Positions 35,182 to 44,561 of a DNA stretch of 64,000 nt are shown piece by piece. The position numbers and the translations under genes are program-made. The DNA is from Dehalococcoidia bacterium (GTDB lineage: Bacteria > Chloroflexota > Dehalococcoidia > Lucifugimonadales > UBA3495). Numbering within the stretch: the first letter of the stretch is position 1; each line of letters opens with the position of its first letter. The stretch lies in assembly GCA_963692995.1 (NCBI GenBank), contig OY843611.1, forward strand, positions 422,748-486,747. Direction: 5' to 3'. The notes under the pieces were generated by a model. It worked only from the letters and a program-made list of their open reading frames with translations. It was not told where the DNA came from and ran no database searches.

Positions 35182-36867
35182 TTGGTGGTTGTGTTGGTCC
35201 TGGCGGTGGCCTGCGGAGCGCCCAGCGCCGCCACTGAGAACGTCCCGCCACCTGCGGCCACCGCAGCGCCGGCGCTCCCGGCAGCAACCGCGGTTCCACA
35301 GCAACGTTCTCAAGCCGCCGGAACATCGGAACAGCCGGCCGCTCCGACCGCCGCGGTGGAGCCATCTACCACCGTCGCCGATGCCGAAGTGGAGCGTCCC
35401 ACCCTGAAAGCCGGCGTCATCTGCCTCGACAGCCCGCTGGACCCGGTGGAAGGCTCATGGGCGGCCAATCAATCGGGTATGGCGGAGAACCTCTTCCGCC
35501 TGTCTGCGATTGACCTCAGCCCGGAGCCATGGCTGGCTACGGGCGCGGAGCGGTTGGATCCGCTGACTTGGGAGATTGGGCTGCGTTCCGGCGTCCGGTT
35601 TCACAATGGCGCGGTGATGGACGCTCATGCAGTCAAAGCGTCATTGGAAAGGGCGGTCAGGTTGTCGTCGGGAGCTGCGGAAAGACTGGCGATTGAGAGG
35701 GTGGAAGTCAAAGATGCCCAGACTGTCATAGTAACTACTACGAAGCCGCGTCCCACACTGCCGGGGCTGTTGAGCAATGGCAACACGGCCATTGTTGACG
35801 CTGCTGCGGCTGACGCGGCCGGCGAGGACAACTTCCTGGCTGCGGGAGCGATGACCGGTCCCTACATTCCCACTGAGTACATTCTCAAAGAGCGTCTGAG
35901 CAGCGTGGCCAACGACGATTACTGGGGCGGATCTCCCCCGCTGGCCGGCATCGATCACATTGCCATCCCTGATACCAACAGCCGGGAACTGGCGCTGCAA
36001 GCCGGCGACATTGATTTTGCCATCAACATATCTCCGGAAGGGGTGGAACTTATCGATACCCTCCCCCGGCTGCACAGCCGGACGGCCGGCGTGGGCTCCT
36101 CGGTGGTGATGTGGTGGGTCAATTTCGAGCGGGGCACGCTATCCGACCCGCTGGTACGCCAGGCGGTGAGCCACGCCATCGACCGGGAAAGCATCGCCGA
36201 GCTCGTTGCGCCGGCGGGAACGGGTTCGTTTGCAGACCTTTTACTGCCGGAAGCCATGGCCTCATGCCCCGGAGTGTCCGGGCCGGCTTACGATCCGCAG
36301 CGCGCCCGGGACCTGCTAACCGAGGCCGGCTACGCCGACCGCAACGGCGACGGGTACGTGGACAAGGACGGGCAGGCTCTGGAGATAATCATCGGCGGCT
36401 ACCCGCAGCGGTTCCAGTTGCCCATCATGGCTGAGGCGGCGCAAGCCATGCTGGGCGAGGTGGGAATCCGGGCCGACGTGCGCATCTCCGAATGGTCGGC
36501 GGTAAAGGAGCCGGCCTGGGACCTCTTTGGATGGTTCAACAACGTAGTGGACGCCGGAGACCCGGTTTTGAACGTCAGCAAGTTTGTTGGACTGCACGCC
36601 GACGGCAGCGACAGCGGAGCCAACAACTATGGGCATTACTCCAATCCGGAGGTGGCGGACATCATAGCGCAGGCGGGGCCCGTGTCAGACATTCAGCAGC
36701 GGAAGCAAATCACGTGCCAGGCATTGGCCGTGGTCGCCGCCGAAAGCGCGCTTTTCCCGGTGGCGCACGCCTACATGGTGTATGGCATCAATGAGCGTGT
36801 TACCGGATTCGAGCCACACCCGCATCGGCTCTATATCTTCGACCATCGCGTCGGCCTCTCCGAGTGA
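35182..36867 (+). CDS. ABC transporter substrate-binding lipoprotein (family 5, peptide/nickel type)
   Basis: Lipobox LAVAC, then a long SBP_bac_5-like body. The ORF track starts at TTG 35182. An in-frame ATG at 35134 with a strong SD is separated from it by one TAA (35152-35154). Confidence 0.85.
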   Translation: MVVVLVLAVACGAPSAATENVPPPAATAAPALPAATAVPQQRSQAAGTSEQPAAPTAAVEPSTTVADAEVERPTLKAGVICLDSPLDPVEGSWAANQSGMAENLFRLSAIDLSPEPWLATGAERLDPLTWEIGLRSGVRFHNGAVMDAHAVKASLERAVRLSSGAAERLAIERVEVKDAQTVIVTTTKPRPTLPGLLSNGNTAIVDAAAADAAGEDNFLAAGAMTGPYIPTEYILKERLSSVANDDYWGGSPPLAGIDHIAIPDTNSRELALQAGDIDFAINISPEGVELIDTLPRLHSRTAGVGSSVVMWWVNFERGTLSDPLVRQAVSHAIDRESIAELVAPAGTGSFADLLLPEAMASCPGVSGPAYDPQRARDLLTEAGYADRNGDGYVDKDGQALEIIIGGYPQRFQLPIMAEAAQAMLGEVGIRADVRISEWSAVKEPAWDLFGWFNNVVDAGDPVLNVSKFVGLHADGSDSGANNYGHYSNPEVADIIAQAGPVSDIQQRKQITCQALAVVAAESALFPVAHAYMVYGINERVTGFEPHPHRLYIFDHRVGLSE

Positions 36868-36906
36868 GGGACGGCCAATCACCGCCGATAACGTTCGCAA
36901 AGGGGC

Positions 36907-37854
36907 ATGAGCGCATACCTGGCCCGACGGCTGCTCACGCTGCCACTGCTGCTCTTGGGAATCTCGGCCATCAGCTTCATCCTCCTGAACCTGGGGCCGG
37001 GAGACCCGGCCGAAATTGTGCTGCGCCAGCGCAACCCCGGCCAGTCGCCCAGCGCAGTGGAAATCGCCGCCATGCGCGCCGAGCTGGGCCTGGACATTCC
37101 CTTGCCGGCCCAATACGCTCGCTGGGTGGGTCAGGCGCTGGCTGGCGACCTGGGCCAGTCCTATGTCACTGAGCAGCCGGTGGCCGCCCAACTGGCGCGC
37201 CGCTCCGTCCCGACGGCCCTGCTCACCGCAGTCGCCCTGGCCCTGGCGCTGCTGGTCGCCGTGCCGGTGGGCATACTGTCCGCCCGGCGGCGGGGCAGCG
37301 CCGTGGATACCGTCGCGCGGCTGGCGGCGCTGGTAGGCGCGGCGGTTCCATCCTACGCTCTGGCCTACGGGCTGATCATCGTGTTCGCGGTGAAACTGTC
37401 GTGGCTGCCGGCCCTGGGCTACGGTTCGGTTGCCCAGGTTGCGCTTCCGGCCATCGCGCTGTCTCTTGCGCCGATGGCTCAGCTGATGCGGCTCATCCGC
37501 GCCAGTATGCTGGAGACCCTGGGGCAGGACTACATCCGAACGGCGCAGGCCAAGGGATTGTCTGAACCAACCGTCGCCTTTCGGCACGCCCTGCGCAACG
37601 CGCTGCTGCCGGCCATCGGGGCTACGGGAGTGAATCTCAGTTATCTGCTCAGCGGCGCCGTAGTAGTTGAGACCATCTTCACCTGGCCCGGTTTGGGTCC
37701 ATTGGTGGTGAGCGCGGCGCTGACCCGCGATTACCCCGTAGTGCAGGGGTTCGTTACTTATATTGCTGCGGTGGCGCTGCTGATCAACCTGGCCGCCGAC
37801 GCTGCCCTGCGTGTCGCCGACCCACGCCTGCGCTTCGGACGGGACGAGATGTAG
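36907..37854 (+). CDS. ABC transporter permease (DppB/OppB-like)
   Basis: MSAYLARRLLTLPLLLLGISAISFILLNLGPGDPA N-terminus and the EAA-type loop region are typical of DppB. Confidence 0.9.
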   Translation: MSAYLARRLLTLPLLLLGISAISFILLNLGPGDPAEIVLRQRNPGQSPSAVEIAAMRAELGLDIPLPAQYARWVGQALAGDLGQSYVTEQPVAAQLARRSVPTALLTAVALALALLVAVPVGILSARRRGSAVDTVARLAALVGAAVPSYALAYGLIIVFAVKLSWLPALGYGSVAQVALPAIALSLAPMAQLMRLIRASMLETLGQDYIRTAQAKGLSEPTVAFRHALRNALLPAIGATGVNLSYLLSGAVVVETIFTWPGLGPLVVSAALTRDYPVVQGFVTYIAAVALLINLAADAALRVADPRLRFGRDEM

Positions 37855-37860
37855 CCGCCG

Positions 37861-38754
37861 ATGATGGGTGATGCTGAACATCCCGGGGAACGTGTTCCCG
37901 TTCCAGACGTCGGGAGGAGCGCACGTCGGCGCCGGCGATGGACCGCGCTGCTGCGCGAACCCGGAACCATGTTGGGGCTGTTCCTGGTAGCGTCCCTGCT
38001 GCTGGCGGGGTTGTTGGCTCCCTGGCTACCGCTGGATGATCCCACAGAGATCAACTTGTCCGAACGGCTGCTCCCGCCGTCCACCGGGCGTCTCTTGGGC
38101 ACCGACCATCTGGGTCGAGACACCTTCAGCCGGATCATTCATGGCGCGCGCGTGACCCTGCTGGCCGCCGCTGCCACTCTGTCCATCAGCATGACCATTG
38201 CGCTGGGGGTGGGAATATTGTCCGGCTATCACGGGGGCTGGCCCGACACCGCGCTGATGGGAGTCGTGGACCTGCTGCTGGCGTTTCCCTCGCTGATCCT
38301 GGCGCTGGCCGTGGCGGGTACTCTGGGGCCCGGCCTGTTCAACGTCCTGCTGGCGGCCGGCGCGGTCTGGTGGGCAGGTCATGCCCGCATTATTCGCGGG
38401 GTCACTCTGGGGGCGCGGCAGATGGAGTACGTGACAGCGGCGCGGGCCGCCGGCGCCGGTGGCCCGCGCATCATCATGCGGCACATCGTCCCCAACATCC
38501 TCGGGCCCATCGTCGTGATCGCTTCCCTGGACGTGGGCTGGATAATCTTGGGCATCGCCGGCCTGAACTTCCTGGGACTTGGCGCGCAACCGCCCACGCC
38601 GGAGTGGGGCGCCATGCTCAATGACGCTCGCCCACATCTACAGACCGCTCCGCGCTTGCTGCTGCTGCCGGGATCGGCCATATTCGTTGCCGTGCTGGGA
38701 TTCAACCTGCTGGGTGACGGACTGCGGGACTTATTTGACCCTCGGACCACATAG
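37861..38754 (+). CDS. ABC transporter permease (DppC/OppC-like)
   Basis: LGTDHLGRDTFSRIIHGARVTL is the DppC/OppC hallmark. Six hydrophobic segments. Confidence 0.9.
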   Translation: MMGDAEHPGERVPVPDVGRSARRRRRWTALLREPGTMLGLFLVASLLLAGLLAPWLPLDDPTEINLSERLLPPSTGRLLGTDHLGRDTFSRIIHGARVTLLAAAATLSISMTIALGVGILSGYHGGWPDTALMGVVDLLLAFPSLILALAVAGTLGPGLFNVLLAAGAVWWAGHARIIRGVTLGARQMEYVTAARAAGAGGPRIIMRHIVPNILGPIVVIASLDVGWIILGIAGLNFLGLGAQPPTPEWGAMLNDARPHLQTAPRLLLLPGSAIFVAVLGFNLLGDGLRDLFDPRTT

Positions 38755-38983
38755 AGCACGGTTAATCAGAGAGCGCATTGCGAATCTTCTCGACACAGGT
38801 TTAAAGCACGCCGTGCGCCATCATGCGTATAAGTTATACTAACTGCGCTTTGGTATTATAAGATTGCCGGCAATCGTGGCGCTAATCGCTAACTTAAATG
38901 GGCGATCGCCAGCGCAGGGGACGCATAACATAGCAGCGCAAACCGCAGCAACGGGTGGCCGGGAGGTGAACAAAGCGTGGTTT

Positions 38984-40144
38984 ATGGCCGTGCTTGCGCT
39001 CACCGTCTTTGCGACGATAAGCGCGATCCTGATCATTCCGCCGCTCCTGGTGGAGATCGCGACCGACCTGGACATTTCGGTTGCCGTTGCGGGCCAGTTG
39101 GCCACCGCGACTTTCGCGGCCTGGGCGGTTACCGGAGTATCGGCCGGCCCCTTATCCGACTCCTTTGGCCGTCGCCCGGTGGCCATCGTATGTCTGGCGG
39201 CGCTCTCGATATCCATGCTGGCGTGCGCAATTGCGCCCAACCTGGAGACGCTGCTGGCGTTGCGAGTTCTGACCGGGCTGGGTGGCGGAGTGATACCGCC
39301 CAACATCGTGGGGTCGGTCGCCGATGTCATCTCGCCGGCTCGGCGCGCCCTGGCAGTGAGCGCCCTGCTGTCGATCCAGGGAATTGCTTCGGCCATCAGC
39401 GTACCGCTGGTCGCGGTGCTGGCGGACGTCGGAGGCTGGCGGCTGCCCTTCATTGTTTATGGCGCGCTGCTCGTGGCCGGGCTGGTGGCTAACTGGCTGT
39501 GGCTCCCGAAAGACCGCGGTGCGCGAGTTCGGAATTTCGCCTATTTCTCCAGGTACCGGTCGCTGGTGGCGCTGCGGTTTTTCCGCGTGGCCGTGGCGGT
39601 GAACCTGACGCAACGCATCGCCTTTTGGGGGACTATCAGCTACTTTGCCGCCTATTTGATAAATACCTTCGATCTGAGCGTGGGCTTCGTGGCCCTGCCC
39701 CTGGCGATAGCCGCGCTTGGGCAAACGGTCGGCAACTACGGCGCGTCATTCGTGGTGAACCGGCGCCGCCGCGGCGCCATCATCGCCGCCGTCACCGTCG
39801 CCGGCGGAGCCTTCGGGTTCGCGCTCTTTTCCGTAGAACTCGGACTGTGGGCAACGGTGGCCGTGGCCACGGTCAGCTCGGGACTGCTGAGCATGACGTT
39901 CCCAATCCTGATCTCCGCCAGCACCGAGTATTCGGGTGAGTCCAAGGCTACCGGAGTGGGCCTGATGGGTTTCAGCAACCAGGGTGGCGGGATGCTGGGC
40001 GCTGCGATAGCGGGGGCGCTATTGGCGAGCATCGGGTACATGGGGATCGGCTATATGTGCCTCGCGGCAACAATCATCAGCGCGTTGCTAACCCCTCTGT
40101 TCGGCCGGCAGTTTGGGGAGTTCGCCGGTCAGAACCGCGGCTGA
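38984..40144 (+). CDS. MFS transporter
   Basis: 12 hydrophobic segments and the GPLSDSFGRRPV loop (MFS motif A). The start is uncertain (ORF opens at 38864; GTG 38966 and ATG 38984 follow GGGAGG). Confidence 0.8.
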   Translation: MAVLALTVFATISAILIIPPLLVEIATDLDISVAVAGQLATATFAAWAVTGVSAGPLSDSFGRRPVAIVCLAALSISMLACAIAPNLETLLALRVLTGLGGGVIPPNIVGSVADVISPARRALAVSALLSIQGIASAISVPLVAVLADVGGWRLPFIVYGALLVAGLVANWLWLPKDRGARVRNFAYFSRYRSLVALRFFRVAVAVNLTQRIAFWGTISYFAAYLINTFDLSVGFVALPLAIAALGQTVGNYGASFVVNRRRRGAIIAAVTVAGGAFGFALFSVELGLWATVAVATVSSGLLSMTFPILISASTEYSGESKATGVGLMGFSNQGGGMLGAAIAGALLASIGYMGIGYMCLAATIISALLTPLFGRQFGEFAGQNRG

Positions 40145-40281
40145 GCCGGCCGTAGTTCGAGCCAGCGCCGGAGCGGCGCAGACTAGCCCGCCCGTCGCAA
40201 AAGTGGTATGGTTGGCGCATCAACTCCCGTCGGGAGCGATTATTCAACCCGGCCTTGCCATTTGGCCGCAGGAGGGATGCA

Positions 40282-40707
40282 ATGCCCCAGATTAAACACA
40301 TCGCCATCGCTACCAACGACGCCGAAAAGACCGCGAAGTTCTATGCGGAAGTTTTCGGACTGCGTGAAGTCGCCAAGCTGGAGAGCGTCAACGCCAACGG
40401 CTATATGCTCAGCGACGGCAACGTGAACATGGCCATCCTGGACTTCCAGAGCGACGCCGTAGCCGGCGAGCGCGGCAAGGACTGGGAAGGCATCCACCAC
40501 ATCGGGTTCGAGGTCGAGAGCCTTGAGGAGACCGAGGCGCGCCTGCTCGCCGCTAACTCCCAGCCCATGGCAGAGGTCAACCACGCGCTCCACGCCGGCA
40601 TGACCGGCCCGCGCACCCAGAACGTGGAGACCAAGTACGAAGGGCCCAACGGTGAGATGATTGACGTCTCCGAAACGGGCTGGGTAGGCACTCGCGGCCT
40701 GGACTAA
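40282..40707 (+). CDS. VOC family protein
   Basis: AGGAGGG upstream of ATG 40282. MPQIKHIAIATNDAEKTAKFY...IHHIGFEVES. Confidence 0.85.
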   Translation: MPQIKHIAIATNDAEKTAKFYAEVFGLREVAKLESVNANGYMLSDGNVNMAILDFQSDAVAGERGKDWEGIHHIGFEVESLEETEARLLAANSQPMAEVNHALHAGMTGPRTQNVETKYEGPNGEMIDVSETGWVGTRGLD

Positions 40708-40743
40708 TTCCGGATCCCTGCCGGTCCTCCCCGGAGGGCAAGC

Positions 40744-40774
40744 CAAAAAGGGCGATGCCGGCCGGCATCGCCCT
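40744..40774 (-). terminator. intrinsic terminator of the thiolase/DUF35 operon
   Basis: Perfect 13-bp palindrome AGGGCGATGCCGG/CCGGCATCGCCCT, followed on the minus strand by TTTTT. Confidence 0.6.
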
Positions 40775-40812
40775 GCTTGGTCACTTGTCAGCGGTCGGTC
40801 GGAACCGCGGGG

Positions 40813-41232
40813 TTATGCGGGCCGGAACACGAGACCCGGATCGTCCGCATCTATGCCGGGGAGGTCCAGCACCAGGGCCATGCCGGTGCGAATGTTCTGG
40901 GGGTTCGCGGCATCCACGCCAGCGATGCGCGCTGAGATGCGCGGCCCCTCCTCCAGCGTCACTATGCCGGTGCAATAAGGATTATTGCGCCCGTACCCCT
41001 TGGCCTCCAGCGAGGCCGGGGCGACGGATATGCACGTGAAGGTGCTGAGGGTGGCCCGGCCGCTCAGTTCGTGCCACTCCATATCGCTGCTGTGGCTCGC
41101 CGGGTCCATGGGGCGCGCTTCGGCGTAGATGTTCCCATTCTCACGGCAGCGGACGCCCATGAACCGGCCCTCCTTGAGGAAGGCATAGAACGATGCGGCG
41201 TTGAACGGACGAGATTCGGCATCAGTGGTCAT
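40813..41232 (-). CDS. DUF35 OB-fold protein (thiolase partner)
   Basis: 139 aa located directly downstream of an SCP-x-type thiolase. The OB-fold C-terminal pattern (GRATLSTFTCISVAP...YCTGIVTLEEGPRISARI) is typical. The N-terminal Zn-ribbon cysteines are missing. Confidence 0.7.
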   Translation of the reverse strand: MTTDAESRPFNAASFYAFLKEGRFMGVRCRENGNIYAEARPMDPASHSSDMEWHELSGRATLSTFTCISVAPASLEAKGYGRNNPYCTGIVTLEEGPRISARIAGVDAANPQNIRTGMALVLDLPGIDADDPGLVFRPA

Positions 41233-41242
41233 CAGACGACTC

Positions 41243-42517
41243 CTAACCCCGTTGCAAGATGTTGACGACGCAGGTGCCGCCGGTGCCGCCTACGTTGTGC
41301 GTGAGACCGAACTCCAGGTCGGGGTTGTTGAGTTGGCGGTCGCCCGCGTCGCCGCGAAGCTGCTTGTACACCTCGATTACCTGGGCAACTCCGCTGGCTC
41401 CCACCGGATGCCCCTTGGCTTTCAGGCCGCCGCTGGTGTTGATGGGGCGGTCGCCGTGGCGCGCGGTACGGCCCTCGTCAACGGCGTGGGGTCCCTCCCC
41501 CGGGGCAAAAAAGCCGAGGTCTTCGCTGGCGACGATTTCGGCGATGGTGAAGCAGTCATGCACTTCGGCCACGCCAACCTGTTCGGGAGTGATGCCCGCC
41601 ATTTCGTAAGCCTGGGCCGCTGCGATCTTTGCCGCCGACAGGGAGGTTAGCTCCTCAGCGTCGTGCAAGGGCCGGCCGGTGGCCTGTCCGATGCCGGCGA
41701 TATGCACCGGCTGGTCGGTGAATTGTCCGGCGATCTCGCTGGCCACCAGCAGCACGCAAGACGCGCCATCCGTGATGGGAGCGCAGTCGTAGAGACGCAG
41801 GGGCCAGGCAATCCAGGGGTTGGCGCGGGCGTCGTTGAGGAAGTCCAGCTCGTCTTCCCAATCGGGCACGGGCTCGCCACGCTGCTCGGCCCTAGCCTTG
41901 CGCCGCTCCATCATGTCGCGGACGGTCTGCTGGAACTGGGCCTTGGGGTTGAGCTTGCCGTTTTCGTGGTTCTTGACGCCAACCTTGAGCAGGTGGTTCA
42001 GGTTAGTCTCATAGCGATCCATGTGGGCCTTGGCGATGGCGCCGAAGATGCCGGGGAAAGTCAGGCCGGCCGGCACTTCATAAAGGCCGTCGGCCGCCGA
42101 CGCCAGCACGTCGGTAACGCCCTCGGTGGGCAGGGACGTCATCTTTTCCACGCCGCCGACTAACACCACGTCGTACATGCCGCTGGCGATGGCCATGACG
42201 CCTTCGCGCAGGGCGCTGCCGCTGCTGGCGCAGGCGTTCTCGATGCGAGTCATCGGCGTGGGAGTCATTCCCAGCCAATCGGCCATAATGGGAGCGGTGT
42301 GGCCCTGGTGTTCGAAAAGGTCGGCCGAATAGTTGCCCAGGTAGCCGGACTCGATGTCCTGGGGTGATATGCCGGTGTCGATATTGTCCTGCATATCCTG
42401 GAAAGCCTCAACGAACAGGTCTCGGCTGGTCTTGTCGGGATACGCGCCGAACTGGGAAAGGCCGGCGCCGACTATCGAAACCGGGCGGGCCAGACGGCGG
42501 CTGCGGGTGGTAGCCAT
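41243..42517 (-). CDS. thiolase-domain protein (SCP-x/lipid-transfer type)
   Basis: IENACASSGSALREG (active-site Cys), AEVHDCFTIAEI and the C-terminal HNVGGTGG are thiolase motifs. Confidence 0.85.
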   Translation of the reverse strand: MATTRSRRLARPVSIVGAGLSQFGAYPDKTSRDLFVEAFQDMQDNIDTGISPQDIESGYLGNYSADLFEHQGHTAPIMADWLGMTPTPMTRIENACASSGSALREGVMAIASGMYDVVLVGGVEKMTSLPTEGVTDVLASAADGLYEVPAGLTFPGIFGAIAKAHMDRYETNLNHLLKVGVKNHENGKLNPKAQFQQTVRDMMERRKARAEQRGEPVPDWEDELDFLNDARANPWIAWPLRLYDCAPITDGASCVLLVASEIAGQFTDQPVHIAGIGQATGRPLHDAEELTSLSAAKIAAAQAYEMAGITPEQVGVAEVHDCFTIAEIVASEDLGFFAPGEGPHAVDEGRTARHGDRPINTSGGLKAKGHPVGASGVAQVIEVYKQLRGDAGDRQLNNPDLEFGLTHNVGGTGGTCVVNILQRG

Positions 42518-42624
42518 TTAAGGTACTCCTCGTTCGCGGTTACGGTTGCGGTGCATCATCCTACACTAAAATTCGCTGACGTTGCCAGCGCATCAAGCGT
42601 GGCAGCCACTGCCAAACGAGCCGG

Positions 42625-43974
42625 TTAGAGCGGCGGCGTCAGCGTCACCCGCAGCGCCGCTTCGCACCAGGCGGCCGCCGCAAGCAGCCGCGCCTCAGCC
42701 AAGGGCGCGGCCACCAGCTGCATCCCCATGGGCAAGCCGGATTCGGCCAGACCCGAAGGAAGGGCGATTGCCGGCAGTCCACAGGAAGTCCACGGGCCCT
42801 GGAAGGCCGGATCGCCGGTGTTGGCGCGGTCGGCCTGGGACGGCGCCGGCGTTGCCGGCGTGAGCATCACGTCGCAACGCTGGGAAAGCTGCTCCATATC
42901 GTCGATGAACCGGCGTCGGCGCTCCAGGGCACGGGCGTACACGATGCCGTCCACCTGCAAGCCGTCGGCCAGCATGGCGCGCAGTTTGGGTTGATAGTCT
43001 GCGGCCTGCCGGCGGTACATCGGCTCGTGGAACGCCGCCGCTTCCACTGACATGATCAGGAGCTGGTCAGCATAGGCTTCCTCGATGCTGTCGGGCATTG
43101 GCAGCTCGACAATTTCCGCGCCGGCTTGGGCCAGTTGCTCGGCAACAGCGTCAAGATGCCGCCGGGTTTCGGCATTCGACCTTTCGTAGAAGTAGCGACG
43201 CAGCAGCCCGATCCGTGGCGGCGACGGGTCTTTGATAGCCGACTGGTAATCGCCGGCCGGCTGGCGAGATGAAACCGGATCGTTCGCGTCCGGGCCGGCC
43301 GTCACCTGGAGCAACAGGGCGGCGTCCTCCACCGAGCGCGCCAGCCAGCCAACGGTATCCAGGTTCCAGCTTACGGGAATGACGCCGTGCCGGCTGACTC
43401 GTCCGAAGGTGGGCTTGAAGCCTACCACGCCGTTGTACGCCGCCGGCCGCAACACGGAACCGACGGTCTGTGAACCCAGCGCCGCCGGGCACATCCGAGA
43501 CGCCACCGCTACTGCCGACCCGCTGCTGCTGCCCCCCGGCGTGTGCGCCGCGTTCCAGGGATTGAACGTGGGTGACGGGTCCAGGCAGGCGAACTCGGTG
43601 GTAACGGTCTTGCCCAGCATCACCGCGCCGGCTCGCCTGAGCAGAGTCCACGAAGCGGCATCGTATTCGGGCACGAAGTCTTTATAAACCGCGCTGCCGG
43701 CGCGCGTGGGTATGCCGGCAGTATAGTAGATGTCTTTGAGGCCGATGGGGACGCCGTGCAGTGGGCCGAGAGGTTGGCCGGCGGACACGGCTGCGTCGGC
43801 GGCGCGGGCGTCGGCCAGGACGGTTTCCCGATCAACATAAACCCAGGCCAGCAGCCGGTCGTCCAACGCCTCGATGCGGTTGAGGCAGGCTTCGGCCAGT
43901 TCGACGGCGGTAAGGCGCCGTTCGGCAATGGCGCGGGCGGCTTCGGCAGCGGTGAGTTGGTTGGGGTTGGGCAT
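42625..43974 (-). CDS. amidase (amidase-signature family)
   Basis: GVPIGLKDIY...GGSSSGSAVAVAS...GSQTVGSVLRPAAYNGVVGFKPTFG contains the AS-family Ser-cisSer-Lys signature. Confidence 0.9.
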   Translation of the reverse strand: MPNPNQLTAAEAARAIAERRLTAVELAEACLNRIEALDDRLLAWVYVDRETVLADARAADAAVSAGQPLGPLHGVPIGLKDIYYTAGIPTRAGSAVYKDFVPEYDAASWTLLRRAGAVMLGKTVTTEFACLDPSPTFNPWNAAHTPGGSSSGSAVAVASRMCPAALGSQTVGSVLRPAAYNGVVGFKPTFGRVSRHGVIPVSWNLDTVGWLARSVEDAALLLQVTAGPDANDPVSSRQPAGDYQSAIKDPSPPRIGLLRRYFYERSNAETRRHLDAVAEQLAQAGAEIVELPMPDSIEEAYADQLLIMSVEAAAFHEPMYRRQAADYQPKLRAMLADGLQVDGIVYARALERRRRFIDDMEQLSQRCDVMLTPATPAPSQADRANTGDPAFQGPWTSCGLPAIALPSGLAESGLPMGMQLVAAPLAEARLLAAAAWCEAALRVTLTPPL

Positions 43975-43995
43975 AGTGGCAAGCGCCTCCCTTGC

Positions 43996-44168
43996 TAGGC
44001 CGTGGTTAAAAACTCCGTGCTAGACCGTGGTTAAAAACTCCGTCATTCCCGCGAAAGCGGGAATCCAGCGAGTACAGAATAAAGCCGGTTTTCTCCTAAT
44101 CAGTGACTTTCTGGGTTCCTGCTTTCGCAGGAACGACGGTGTGATTCCCAGTTTTTAAACAGGCCCTA
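43996..44168 (+). repeat. composite hairpin repeat with terminal inverted repeats (MITE-like), copy 2
   Basis: Left end TAGGCCGTGGTTAAAAACT (its 19-bp core CCGTGGTTAAAAACTCCGT occurs twice, 25 bp apart) versus right end AGTTTTTAAACAGGCCCTA. Internal units lie at 44041-44066 and, inverted, at 44113-44138. Confidence 0.75.
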
Positions 44169-44531
44169 ATTCAGCAGCGCCAGCATCAGCGCGACGAAAC
44201 GATGCGCCAGGGGACGGTCATATGCAACATCCTCCGGCTCCATGGCGCTGTTGTAAAAGTTGGAGTGGAAATGCTGCGCGGCCAAAATTCCCACCCGCAT
44301 TTCGGATCGCAGTAAGTCATCGTTCTGCTCTTCGGCGATTTGTCGGGCCGAATTAATCAGCGTTCGGTGAGTTCCGCATTCCAACCCGCGCTGTTGCGCG
44401 ACCGCCATTACGGCGTGAGCGGCGGCCCCCCACAGCTTTTCTGAAGCCTGTAGCACGTCCCCCGAAGCAAACTCCCGGTCTGAGTCGGCCAGGAAGCCGG
44501 CTGCGGTTTGGGCGTGGTCGGTCGTCAGCAT
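44166..44531 (-). CDS. hypothetical protein, PaREP1/HEPN-clan-like
   Basis: GGAGG upstream of the start. ASEKLWGAAAHAVMAVAQQRGLECGTHRTL resembles the PaREP1 family signature (EK.WGAA..A.KA.A...G....H..L). 121 aa. Confidence 0.55.
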   Translation of the reverse strand: MLTTDHAQTAAGFLADSDREFASGDVLQASEKLWGAAAHAVMAVAQQRGLECGTHRTLINSARQIAEEQNDDLLRSEMRVGILAAQHFHSNFYNSAMEPEDVAYDRPLAHRFVALMLALLN

Positions 44532-44561
44532 TGGCCTAACCTCCGGTATGGCATGAGCTGA

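Noticed and set aside
36685-37881. 398-aa minus-strand ORF
   Set aside because: Antisense shadow of the SBP 3' end and the DppB-like permease. Arg/Gln/Gly-rich.
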